DNA of 64,000 nucleotides from Lingula anatina (GCA_051362555.1 CM120640.1:69852788-69916787), one strand, 5' to 3'; positions 1 through 50,258 are shown, counted from the first letter of the stretch. Notes: generated by a model from the sequence alone, not told the origin. A program made the numbers and translations.

Positions 1-3000
1 AGCAGACACCTGCCAGCATGCTGGGGAACAGGTCAGGCAGGGATCTGGTGCCAAGGGACAGCAACTCTAACTCTCCACAGGTGGGATCAGGAGATGGCAG
101 TGGGGTTATCAGCAACAACAAACGTGGTGGAGGTGGGGTGTATCCTCCAAACTACGGACCACAAGCCTAGGATATTCAAACCTGCAGGAGATGGTCAAGA
201 GAGTGACCAGCGGTCAAGGCAGGTGATCAGGTTGAATGGTCCACCCCCACAGACACTGCCTCACAAGATAGACATGTCCATCAGGTTGAATGGTCCACCC
301 CCACAGACACTGCCTCACAAGATAGACATGTCCAATCTAAGCAGGACAGGCCTGGTAGGGGGTGGCCACCAACAGCAGCATAAGATGGACTCTCCTAATC
401 TGAACAGGTCCAGGCCTGATATGAGTGACCCTGTCTCTGCCTCCCTACAGAGGCCTGGTGCTGGGGCAGCTTATCCACCACATGTACAGCAGAGACTAGG
501 GGGGAATAGGGGGGAACAGAGGCCTCTGGGAAGTACTAGTTCTGATGGCTCAGACAAAGATGGGACTAGAAGGTTTGTTGATGCTGATGGTGGCATGGCA
601 ACAAATAATTTCCAGTCTTCCTCACCAATGAATAGACATAGTACTGAAGTGAGGCCTGGTGTGGCTTACGGTCCACCACCACCATCATCATCAAGTACTA
701 TGCATAATGACTCCTCGGCTAACATGCACAGGGTTAGTGTCTTGAACAGAGCCAGTCAGAACATGATGGACAGACCATCACCAAATGTGCACAGCATGAG
801 ACTCTCTCCACACCACGACTCCCTCCCACATTCCACGGGACCCTGGAACGGTGTGACTGAAATGCGCAATACACCGCAATACAGCGCAACACAGTGCAAT
901 ACACTTCAAAAAATCAAATCCAGTTGCAATTACACAAAAGAAATGACCGTTCCCAGCAAAGTAGGGTGATATAAAAACAACCTATATTACTAGGTAAGTA
1001 ATATCGTTGAAATAACTTAACAAATCAGCAAGACTTTTATATTGTCGTGTTGGCAGCCATGTTGGCGAGTGGCTCTTCTTGGATATATTACTGGCCAAGA
1101 AGAGCTTTTCGCCAACATGGCGGCTGACCAAACAGTGAAAAAATTGTCAAGTTGTATCAGCAATATTAATTACTATGTACTATATTTTGCTTTTATATCA
1201 CCCTATTTTATTTGAGATTACCCTTTCCTGTGTTTACTTGCAACTGGACTTGTGTTATCAAGTGTATTGCGCTGTGTTGCGCTGTATTGCAGTGTATTGC
1301 GCATTTCAGTCACACCCCCGGGACCTCCTTATGAACATGATCACCAGAGGGAGCTGGGGTACGACTCTCAGAGCAATCAGAGCTCAGACTTAAGTGCAAA
1401 GAACACGTCTCTGGATCATACCAGTGAGAGTGAGCCCCCTCCCCCAGAGAGTCACCATGAGATTAGGAACTATGAAGATGTGGCTAGGTTTAAGCAACAG
1501 CAGCAGCCAGACCCTCTGTCACAAGTGTCCAGTTCTACGGACAGTGGCTATGGACACGGACATCACATTTATGAGAAGGTTAATGATCTGAGAATGGGAG
1601 GTGAGTTGTTACATTTTGGATCTGAAAAATTGCTTTTAAGTACATTGTAGCATTGTAACTTACCTTTTATGTATATTAAAGCTACTCTTACAACCGGTCG
1701 TGCGTGCTTCTACGAGCGGTTTGCGTGCAAAAAATTGGCCAAGTAGTAAGATACACGCACGTGGAGCGTACTATTTTTGGTAGACGCAAACACGACGCAA
1801 AGCACGCAGCCCGAAAACTGGCCGGCCAGTTTTTCGCTACGACCTGTCTGCGACAATTAGAATGCCTGGAGCACGCTCGTAGCACGCAAGACAAAAGTAC
1901 TGAGTAAGTGCGCTAGGCGTGCGTGTAACGCAGGAAAAGCATGCAGAAATTACGGGGTTTTTTACCACGAAGACGTACTTACCACGCAAGAGACTCGTAA
2001 GTTTAACTTGCTTTCAATGTACGTGTTAACAAAAAGAGGGGTGAGCGCACTTCCTCCGTGCGTTTATCTTACTTCCAAAGTGCGTGGCGAGTACTACTAC
2101 CATACCTGTGAAGTGCGTCACACTAAGACGACGCACGTGCCCAGCACGATAAAAGTGCAGGCGATCCCGAGCAACCACTGCCAGCATTGCGTCACGATCT
2201 TCGGCCTCCTCTAGCATTAGCAGCTGTAGAAGTCGATGGCGCATCCTTCTTGGAAGTGCCTTTTTGGAAGCCAAAACAGTGAATGATGAAGAGACTCGAT
2301 ACTCCCTTTTATATTATTTTGATTATCTGTGCATTCCATTTCCGTGCTTTTTACGTTTCTCTTACGTTTCTCTTACTTAGTAAGTACGGTTTCTGAAAAC
2401 ATACGCTTCACTTGCAATACACGTATGATTATCTCACTCACTGTGTGCGACACGAGTACAGATCGTACGTGCTCCTTACTTCTTCCTACTTCCAAAAAAA
2501 GGCGTACAGACCACTTGCGGGCCCCACGTTTAGAGCACAACACACCTACTCATAAAGTACTTACTACTTCGTCCGCTGCGATTTAATTTTCATCCTGCGA
2601 CAACGCTACGTCTGACGAGAACTCCGAGGACGCACGATCTCTAAGCACGCACGACGGGTTGTAAGAGAGGCTTAACACAGGTACAGAGAGAGGATCAGAG
2701 TGACTTTGAGGTTTACGAAAAAAAAACCTCTCTTTAATCATTTAGTCTTAAAAACAACTTAAGGCAGAGCAACAATTAAGTTTGACATTTAAAAGAGAAT
2801 GTTCCTGTCATCTTCCAGGTTACCCTCCTAGTCACCTGCCTCCTCCCATGAGAGCCCCACCCTCCCCTCCAGGCCACCCCCAGCCCAGCCCCCTTACTGT
2901 CCACCCCCAGCCCAGCCCCCTTACCATCCACTCCCATCCACCAGAACACAATCAGCTCCACAGGAACCCTCCAGATATCACCAGCCCTGTGGATGGACCT

Positions 3001-4575
3001 TATAATGGAATGGACCAAACCCACAAGGGGACAGATTTACCCTGGTGGTCAGTATGACCCTAGGATGACCAATAACCTCAGGGACTTCAAGCCGGCCAGA
3101 TCTTCCCCAGTAGCTCCTCTAATAAGAGACCATCAGCCTCCCTTGCCGCCCCAGCAAGGTGCCAGCAGGGGGAATCCGTACCCTGGTCCACCTAAGGAGC
3201 CAATCTATGTGTCCAGGAACCAGCTGTTCAGACAGCACAATGATGTGGGGTCAGGCAGAGAGAATGGTCTTCCTGACCAGCCACAACAGAGCCTGTATCT
3301 GGGGCAGAGCAAATATGAAGTGGTGGGTGCATGGGCTGAGATAGATGGGATCCTATTGTGGTAGAATAAAAAAAGATACATGAAACAAATATTTTCATGG
3401 TTAATTTTTAAACACTATTAAAGGATTTGAAGTAATCCTGTGGAGTTCTTAACTGTTATCTTTTGGTTGTAGAGATATGAACTTTGAACTATATTTTTAA
3501 ATTTTATACCTCTGTATTATCCACATGTTCTGGTGTGTTACAGCTTCCAGCCACTGTGTTGAAGAACCCAGGTCTAGGGTTCAGTATAGCTGGTGGGAGG
3601 GGATCCCAGGGCAATCCATACAGACCTGAAGACCAGGTGATACACACAGTCCTTAATTACCTGACTTAACACCATGTATACTCTTAGGCACAATTTCCAA
3701 ACAACCAACACCCAATAAATATTTGGAAGAAAATAGAAAAATTTGTCAAATTGTGTGATATTGTATGCTATTTTAACTATGTTAAGAACTTACATAAATA
3801 GTAACCAAGATTTGCCTAGCTGATGTTGAATGCTTGTTTTGTTCTTTGTTTTCTATTTTAAATAGGTAAATCTATCTACTACTAATTTGACGTGCCCTGA
3901 CAGCAACCATCATTTTATATTACTTTGATATTGATAATTGATATTGATATTGAAAGCCAGTTATTTTCTCTTTTCTTTTTAAATAGGACATGATCTGATC
4001 ACACATATCAGCTAATGCTTCATATGACTTATCTATAAACTTCATTCTGAACTAGCAATATATGAAATATAATTTTCTTTTTCAGGGTGTTTTTGTGACC
4101 AAGGTCCAACCTGAAGGGCCAGCAGCTGCAGAACTACGACCTGGAGACAAAATTTTGGAGGTGAGTTTTTAGAACCAGGCACCTGTTGTAGTGTAACAAT
4201 TTCCATGACTTCTAGATTAACATCAAGGTATCTTTGTGTTCTCTTCTGTAGGCCCTGCATGTCTGCTTAAGGGCTCTGTGTATTATATTATATTATATTA
4301 TATTATATTATATTATATTATATTATATTATATTATATTATATTATATTATATTAATGAGTAAAATGATAAAGTTTGCTGTGCTGCTGATGAGTTTTAGT
4401 GAAATAAGAGTTGTTTTATTGCATTATGTTTTTAACATATGTCTTTGTTTTGAAGGTCAACGGACAGAACTTTACTCAAGTTGACCACAGTCGTGCAGTG
4501 TCCATCTTAAAGAACAGTGGCCAGACTGTGTCCCTGCTGGTAGAGAGAGAAAGAGAGTTGGCCTCTAAGGTTTAG
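1..4575 (+). CDS. Erbin/LRRC7 (densin)-like LAP protein, 3' part with C-terminal PDZ domain (5' truncated by window)
   Basis: Predicted exons <1-850, 1310-1600, 2819-3322, 3544-3636, 4086-4160, 4456-4575, with GT-AG boundaries and matching phases. The last exons give LPATVLKNPGLGFSIAGGRGSQGNPYRPEDQ/GVFVTKVQPEGPAAAELRPGDKILE/VNGQNFTQVDHSRAVSILKNSGQTVSLLVERERELASKV*, matching the Erbin/densin PDZ (LGFSISGG..GNPFRP.D.GIFVTRVQPEGPA..LLQPGDKI). A low-complexity Pro/Ser/His region precedes it. Apparent +1 frameshifts at about 160 and 3028. Confidence 0.85.
226..333 (+). repeat. Exact 54-bp in-frame exonic tandem duplication (IRLNGPPPQTLPHKIDMS x2)
   Basis: 226-279 is identical to 280-333. Confidence 0.95.
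850..1316. mobile_element. Foldback-type MITE inserted in Erbin-like coding sequence; candidate intron 851-1309
   Basis: TIR GGTGTGACTGAAATGCGCAATACAC at 850, with its exact reverse complement ending at 1316. The arms stay imperfectly complementary to a central hairpin (about 1047-1133). Subterminal 10-bp repeats (GCGCAATACA-like). Confidence 0.9.
1680..2672. mobile_element. Non-autonomous PIF/Harbinger-like DNA transposon
   Basis: TIR AGCTACTCTTACAACCGGTCGTGCGTGCTT versus right-end reverse complement AGCCTCTCTTACAACCCGTCGTGCGTGCTT. TAA on both flanks (1677-1679, 2673-2675). CpG-rich interior unlike the host intron. Confidence 0.8.
4281..4354. repeat. (TATTA)n pentanucleotide microsatellite
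   Basis: About 15 perfect copies in the last Erbin-like intron. Confidence 0.95.
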
Positions 4576-6727
4576 GCTGCTTATAAACTGTTGATATGAA
4601 AATATCTTTAACTTGAAAAAACATAGTCAAATAGCAATAAAAAGAATCTGACAGTTCTTAAATGTGCTATTCAAAACCGTGATGCTGACCCTGAAAAGTG
4701 ATGCATTCTATTGGATGTCTTATCAAAGGTTAGAATAACTTATCATACTTAAATGGTCATTTTAGGAATTTTATCTGCAACTCATATGATTGGGAATTCA
4801 ATTATTTCCTTTTTATATTGTGACTGAGAGTTGATATGTATATTATGTATTAAATAAGTATTTGTAGTGCTCTGGTTGATCCATAAAATCAGGACATGTG
4901 ATACTATTCAACCAATGTCAAAGCAATAATGAACTGATTAAGTGGGCAGTAGTAGCCTTACTTGTTTTATAAGGGTCCAAACAATATACATAACTCTTAA
5001 TCATATCCAACAGCACAATTATCCTAGGAATTTTAGGTTCTACATATCATTTAGGATGCAACCTGTTTATACTATGCAGCTTGGTGTTATGAAGGTCAGA
5101 TTCATCAATTATAGCATTTATCACTGAATATAGTTTTGTTTGTGATGAAAACAATAGACAGAAATGTCTTTTTGGCCAGAATCTGTGCAGTTAGTAAGTG
5201 CTTTCAGTTAATAAATTTTATAACATTGTGTAAGGTATAAAGCACTTTCATTGTAGAAACTGTATATTGTTTAGTTGTACCTTTATTATTTCTTTTATTT
5301 AAAGGTTTTAGTAGAAATGCTACTTGCCAATCTTTAATCCATGACTTTAGTTCTTTTATTGATACATGACATTTTCTCTTAAAGACTTGTTTATTTTATT
5401 TATGAAAATAGATGTACGATTTATAGCATTGTATTTATTGTATCTGCAGTTTAACTGTACTTAAGTATTATGTATATGTAAACTTTATTTATACATTCTT
5501 TTCAGGACATTTTAATGTATTTTTGCTGAGAAATGTCTGTCACCTACTTTTAGTAAAAATCTGTAGTTGTTTTCCATATTTATAATTTTATTCCAAATTA
5601 ATGACACAAACTGTCAATTGTCATAACATTTGTTGCTCTTTTACTTTTTAAAGAGGCAGGATTTCCAGAAAGAATTTATTATGGTAAATAAGAAATTGTA
5701 CAACTTACTTTGAACAAAAGGATGTCATTTAAGTGATCTCTTTTGTATATTTTTAAATTAAATACAAACATCTTGTGAAAATATAGGTTTCATTTCTATA
5801 ATTCCATATATACATTTATATGTATGTGCAAAGTGCTATTTATTTATTTGAAGTCTAGATAAGCTGGTATCCTCTTACTGAATGCACCAAATACTTCTTT
5901 AGTAGAACGTACACATTTTATAGATCTGATAGACCTGACATAAAGAATTGGTTGTGAATTTTATAATAGCTAGCTTATGAAGATCTTATCACGGCATGGA
6001 GCAATGCCAATATGTATATTGTAAATGTATTATTATATGATGGTATACGTCTATTCAAAGGTGCATTTTTAAAAGTATCTTATCAGTGTGGCGCTTTAAA
6101 CCAAAATAAGTGCTATGATTGAAATTGTAAATAGCTGTATAGTTCACAAACACTTGGAATAGCATTAACCAGAGTGAATTGCAAAGTGTGATTAAATTAT
6201 GCACCACAGGAAAATTCCCCAAATAAAAATATATTTTGATATTGTGTTATTTCATCATTTGTTATAAATGGCCACCATCAGTCAGCATAAAATGTTTGAA
6301 ATTTGTTAACAAACCCTGAGATGTTAAAGGTACCCAGCATAATATTTTCCCCACCAAAAACACATACTATGAATTTTGCCTGAGGTAAACTGTATTTTTC
6401 TCTCAGTAGCCAACCTTTATCCTCATTTCCTGATACTTGCCATAACTCCAACATTATAACAATGACATAACTCTAACTGTAGCGTAATAACATTGTGGGA
6501 AAATTAGAAAGTCTTTAATTCCATCATCAGTTTGAACACTGACCTGTGAGTGAAACTGTAAAATATTTAAAAAGGAAGAGGAAAAAGATAAGTTAATATG
6601 GTCACTTAATTGCAATTCTTGTACTCTGGGTCACTGACAAATCTGAAGCTCTAACTAGACTTAAGAAATGTACAGTAGCAAGTAAAAAGTGACTAACATT
6701 TTTAAGTAGTTAAAAAAAGCATTTTAG

Positions 6728-6905
6728 CAGTGGCGGATTAGAGGGAGGGTCCTGATCCCCACCCCCACCCCCTTTGATTTTTGGTCCCCTCTTGAAATTA
6801 GAATTTTGACCTGCTGAATCATAGTTCTAAACCATTCATCCTCTAATTGCGTGGCCCTTCAGCAGGCCCGAAACCCCACCTCAGATAATCCTGGATCCGC
6901 CCCTG
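6728..6905. mobile_element. MITE with CAGGGGCGGATCCAG-type TIRs
   Basis: Left end CAGTGGCGGATTAG, right end CTGGATCCGCCCCTG. Flanks TTTTAG/TTTTAA form a near 6-bp TSD. Confidence 0.7.
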
Positions 6906-7299
6906 TTTTAATATGAGAAGACTAATTTTATGTAATATCTCTCCAGATGGGAACATAAAATATTTTATCTTGCCCATCTATTTTAAAAACATACAAACGA
7001 AAAACACAACATAATAAAAAGAGGTGACACTACAAACACAATGTGTCTTCTTTTCACCCTTTGATGGATTTGGGTGAGTTGTAACTTGTATCATAATTAA
7101 TTGTAAGTATTTATTACATGAGGAAAAACAAAAGTAAAGACAGTCCAAGATCTGTGGTAATAACCAACCAATGTTTTACTATAATGGCAAAAATTGTGAA
7201 GTATTAAAGTGACCTACACGTATGTACTTGGACATGATTGATATATGTAGTTGAAAAACACAATCTAATTGCTCAACCAACGCATTCAAATCTCCCGGA

Positions 7300-7941
7300 C
7301 ACCTGTAGTCACGTGACTGTAACTCTCAATCAATACCACTCTGGTATTTAGCCTAAATATCCAATTATTTTCCAATCAATATTCAATTTGAACCAGATGC
7401 AATTTTAAAAATATATTTCAAAACTGCGCTTGTAGACAAAAGTATATTAGATTCATCTTAATGCACCATGTCATTTGTGGACGCCAGTAAAACAGGAACA
7501 GGGTAAAGTAATGCGGCCATCTTTGAAGAGGTGAATGGCAGTTAGGGGTTGACAATATTATCACCTTGGAATAACATTGCATAGGAGATATTACAGCCAC
7601 GGCTCAGAAGGCAGTTTAAATTTTGCTTAAAATTTGCACGGTTTTTGACAGGTAATCTGTGTATTTTTACAGCGCTGTGAAGGAAAGGGCTTAATACGTT
7701 GGAGGTGTGACGAGTTTGCCTACTTCGTTTTTATCATTGAAATCGTAGTGCGGAAGTGGGTGTGAAATGTAGCTTTCAGAGTCGTCGACATATGAAGAAA
7801 TGACATGAGCTTCATAAATACTCATCAGAGTCCCCAGATGGAAGTGGAATAACCTTGTTCTGCAGTTAAAGGGATATTTGTGTAAGTTCATTCACTGGAG
7901 CATAACGCTGTTTGAACGCTAGACGCGACCGCGGACTGACA
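7300..7941 (+). promoter_or_regulatory. Putative ROCK promoter and 5' UTR
   Basis: CpG-enriched. Palindromic E-box GTCACGTGAC at 7308-7317, YY1-like GCGGCCATCTT at 7513-7523, ETS-like CGGAAGT near 7751. Possible 5' UTR intron 7652-7865 (AG|GTAATC ... TTCTGCAG). Confidence 0.5.
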
Positions 7942-45677
<37,736 letters not shown>

Positions 45678-47977
45678 TCCTCCTTACCAGGTCTGGCACA
45701 GGAACAGAAATTTATCAGGAGAAAACTTGAGGTCAATCGGTACTCATTAAAGAATTCTCTATCAGTGACCTTCCATACATTGACCTTGACCTTATACAAT
45801 GTTGACCTTGACCTGTGAAGGCACCCAGGTCAGTTGATTTGAGTTCTGTAGGGAGAAAGCAGTCATGAACCTTCACGTGAAGCATAAATCCCTCATTCAA
45901 AGGAGATGGCATCATTTAACACAGAATGCTGAAAGACAAGACCTAGAATTTTCTACCTATTAATGGAGTAGTAGAGACACAGATGTTGACCATTACAGAC
46001 ATTTTTTTTCTGTTCTCTGTTATATTAAGTTCATTATGATGTGGTGTTCAAATTCCATCAGGATGAACTAAAAGGTGAGGATAATCAACCCAGTTACCAT
46101 GCAAAATTTTAAAATGCTGCAATGTTGTCAACCAGTAAAGTCTGTGCAAGTGGCTTAGTTTCCAATCTTTTTGCAGCCTCTGTGTGCAAATACTACCCTT
46201 AACAAAGTCAGCCACGTGTTGGTTTGTGGTAATGTTTGTTAAATGTTATCCACTGAAATGTGAAATGATATGAGTTTTGGTTATCTGTATTTCCTTTGTG
46301 TATACAGCAGTTCAGTACTGTTAATTTATATCTTCATCTTTGTTGACCTTGACCTTGTAATACTCAGTGCAGATGGAGAACCAACGCAGTGCGTTCTTGT
46401 TTCTTGTATCACCACTGCAAACTTAAGTACTCATTGAGAATTAGAAAGAAACTGAAAGATATATGCAAGTGGTAAGCTGCTCCTTTATTTTGGGTCGTGA
46501 AAATCAATCAGAAGTACCAAGCAGAGCAGGTGCCTTCCCATGATCCTCCAGTATTTCCGTGATGTCTGTATGTTGCCCTTTATCCATGTCTTCCTCTCAG
46601 TAAGAGATGTCCTTAATGCTTTAACCTTCTTTTCAAGAAACAATTAAATTTAGTACAACATGTTGTTATGTAGTCTCTGTATAAGTGCCTGTTTTATTGC
46701 TCCCTTTTGACAAGCCATGTGGCTAGTGTGTGATGCCTGGATCAGGGTCTCTTTTCGTAATTCTAATTCTGTATCAGAGTTGTACTTTTGACACATCACG
46801 GGACAGAAATGGGAGCCATAGACCCAAGCACGCTTATTTTGGTAATGAGAAAATAATATGCATGTATACATTAGTAGCAACTATTTTGTGATACTACTGA
46901 ATCATAAAGGGAACTTTTGCTGGCATACTCCAATAAGGTCATAATTGATTTGAGTTGGTAAGTGGGTCAAAAAGTGCTTCAATTTTAAACCCCATCTTCT
47001 GAGAAGTTCTTTGTTTATTACCCAATAAATGGAAGAAAAAATGTTTTACATTGTAGCTTTCATGGTTAGCACAGATCATGTACATTTCTTGTATTTAAAG
47101 CAACCTGGTGACTGGGATTAATTTGTTGAAAGTGGTGCTTTCGGTGTGCCAGTTAACATAAGCAAACAAAGTAAGGTATATATGTATGATAATTAGGTCA
47201 GCATGGCCTATTTATGGAGATGTACATTTCATATAACTTACACACAGCTTAGCTTGGCTGAAAGATTGTAGCTTTTGTATATTATATTCATCTCCTAGCA
47301 CTTGGAAAGTTGTAATTACATTCCCTGAATTTCTACAGAACGTGTACTGTAAGTATGTATGTATGTATTCTGTAATATGGTGACTTAGCAAGTCTTCTGT
47401 GCTGCAATGTCATTCAGGATAGGTGATAGTTAAGTATTGTTTATCGTTAATTATTGAGATGGTGAGAGCACCATCATTCTCGTCAGGGTGATCACTACAT
47501 GCAGCAGAGCACTAGAAATAATAAGCAGCTCTACTTTATAGTACAAAAATACCAGATATCTGAGAAGTATCTTTGTTAGCGGGTTATAATCGTGTAATAA
47601 AATTACCATCCCACACTGAAGACATGGGTTGTTGGTTCTTTTGCTGAATTTGTTTGATTTCATTAAAACTTGTAACTTTCTTGTTTTTCTGTGGTGATAT
47701 GGTGTAACGTGTTCGTAGTATTTGCCAAGAAGCAAATTTTTCAAAAAATAATTATTAGCTCTCACTTTCTTTTCGAGTTATATTTCATTAATAAATTTAA
47801 TCGTGCTGCATCTAATGCCATAATATGACCTTCTAAATGTCTGCTGTGTCGCACACTGCATGAAATTGAACTACATTCTTTGAACTCCTTTATCAAAAGG
47901 TTTAAAATTTGTTGCCTGAAACTTAAATATATCTTCTTACAAGGTGATTTTACATTAATACACCACTCTCATTTCTA

Positions 47978-47996
47978 AAATAAATAAATAAATAAA
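47978..47996 (+). terminator. Likely ROCK polyadenylation signal cluster
   Basis: Overlapping AATAAA hexamers (AATAAATAAATAAATAAA) about 2.3 kb after the stop, followed by T/GT-rich sequence. Confidence 0.45.
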
Positions 47997-48235
47997 AGAT
48001 TGAAAATGTTGCTCTCCCTTTTCAAATTGTGTCATAAAATACAAATTGCTATTTATCAACTTTGTGAACTTTGATATGTGTACAAGAACTGAACCTAGTA
48101 AAAAGGTCTGCCACTTTGTTCACAGCAACAAATCTCAGCTTGGGCAGGTGAAGTTGTTCCAGATACGTAACCTTTATCTTCCCTCGCATTGAAGGGGCTC
48201 TCAAGACAAATGAAGTGCCCCCTGTCTTATCTCAC

Positions 48236-48495
48236 TGACTGATTGGCAGGTGTAGTGGAAAGTTAAGTGGATTATAGACAACTACCTGGCTGTATCTAGG
48301 CAACAGTCTAAATCTCTTCTGCCATGGCAATCTGCAGCTTACCCGTGCTGATTCCACAGCCCAACTACTGCATGAGACCGACAGAACACAGGACTGGTAG
48401 ACTACCATGCTTGAACCGTGATTTCTGCTGTTTTCTGTTGCCACGGTAACCTCAGATTCGGGTGATGGCTGGTTGATGAAGGCAATATAGTAAGT
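48236..48495 (+). promoter_or_regulatory. RFX X-box and CCAAT promoter-like cluster with first-exon donor
   Basis: CTGATTGGC (reverse CCAAT) near 48240. X-box matches GTATCTAGGCAAC (48292-48304), TCTGCCATGGCAAT (48318-48331), GTTGCCACGGTAAC (48437-48450). Donor GTAAGT at 48490. Confidence 0.5.
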
Positions 48496-50225
48496 TTTAA
48501 TGACTTTTCCATATGGTACATGTGACGATTAAATAATCTTAATGCACATTTTAGAAATTGTATCATGCTAAGCTTTTGGCACATGGTTCAGGAGAAGTTG
48601 TCCAATCAAAGGGTTCATTCTATGTATTTGAATTTAGAAAGGACTGAAAAAAATGCCACTGCCTGTTCTGAAGACAGAGGATGGATTTTACTGAATAAGG
48701 CAAGATTGAAAGTATTGGATGTATTTATATATGTGTCTCTGGGAAGAGAGCAATGAATTGGAGGTAGGTAAGACTTTGCTTTTGCTGAGAAGCTAAGAAT
48801 GATAAAGTTGATGATTTTGCTGGGAAATAAATTATCCATGCTTTTTAACATTTTTTCTTTGTCAAGAAGATTTGTTAATGTTCTAGACTGGAAATAATTT
48901 CTGAATAAACATAATTATTTTCAAATAATTGAGTATCATTTCTTTTAATGAGCCTGTTAATGAACCTAGTCTTATTGGTTTAAAAGTATTCTATATGGGA
49001 TTTTTCCTAATGAAGAAAGTAATTATTCCTGCTATTCACTAATCTTTGTTTGACCTGTCCCTGCAACTGAATTCAGAATTTTTTGCCATTTCTAATTACA
49101 TAACTTAGTTCTAAATTTCATAAAGACACATAGACATCAGGTACTTTTATTTTAGGCATCTTAATTGGAAAATATTTTTGTAGCTTTGCAGGTGTTGTTG
49201 TGTATGTTGACATTTAAAAAAAATGACTTTGGGCAGTTTTCAAATGCATCTACTGGCAGAATTAAGTATGAGATTTATGCATTTGCTAAAAGGCATCATT
49301 ACCTGAACGCTGAAGAAGCTAATGATAATTGGTACTAATGTCACATTTGCTAGGTGTGGAGGGTTGCAGCACTCATGGGGAGAGTGTATTAAACAGCAAT
49401 ATGTTTTTTTTCCTTTTTTTTTGTGGTTCATGTGGTGACTATCAACAACTACTAACAACTTGAAGCACCCGATGCATGACAAATAACACACCACAAATGT
49501 ATTCTATTGTTATTGATTATAGAGAGAGATCAGAATTTATAATTTTCATGTAGTTGTTTTTTTTAAGTAAACATTCTTCCAGAATTCACCTGTTGAATAC
49601 TTTTAGATCATTTAACAAGTGTTCATTTGCATAAATACCCAATTAAAGAAAAAAGACATATTGCACCACACATTAATTTTTCCCTAGCAGGGATGTGGTT
49701 ACATAAAAGAATCTATTAAAATAATTAGACTTTTTAATTCACAAATAAATTGAAGTGAATTACAAAATTAGAAACTTACAGCAGCTTGTTTTAAGACTTT
49801 CATTCAGGCTCAATACTAATAAGTTTCTCAAAGCATGAATGTTTAACTCCATATTGTCACTTCCAGATTGCCATAAGTCATGAAGCCTGTCAGTTCCACT
49901 GCATAACCATGCAAATGTTGTTTCTTTCTCTTCTCTTTTATCTGTCCTAGTCATAATAAAGCTTTGACCTAAGTAAAATAAATTATGCTTCTATTTTTGC
50001 CAGGCACACTGTTGATTTTCCAGTGTCATCTCAACTTGTCATTATCACAACTTAAATACCAACCCTGACCTCATTGTGACATCTACCTGGAGAGTTTACA
50101 CCTGCCTGTGTGGGACAAACAGGGTGGTCAACTTACACCTGATATCTACCCTTGAAGAACATTCTTGCAAAAAGGTGAGGATTTTTTTTGCATGTGTTGA
50201 TAAGTTATCTTTCATTGACTCTCCT

Positions 50226-50228
<3 letters not shown>

Positions 50229-50258
<30 letters not shown>
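50229..50258. repeat. (TC)n microsatellite
   Basis: About 15 TC units. Confidence 0.9.
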
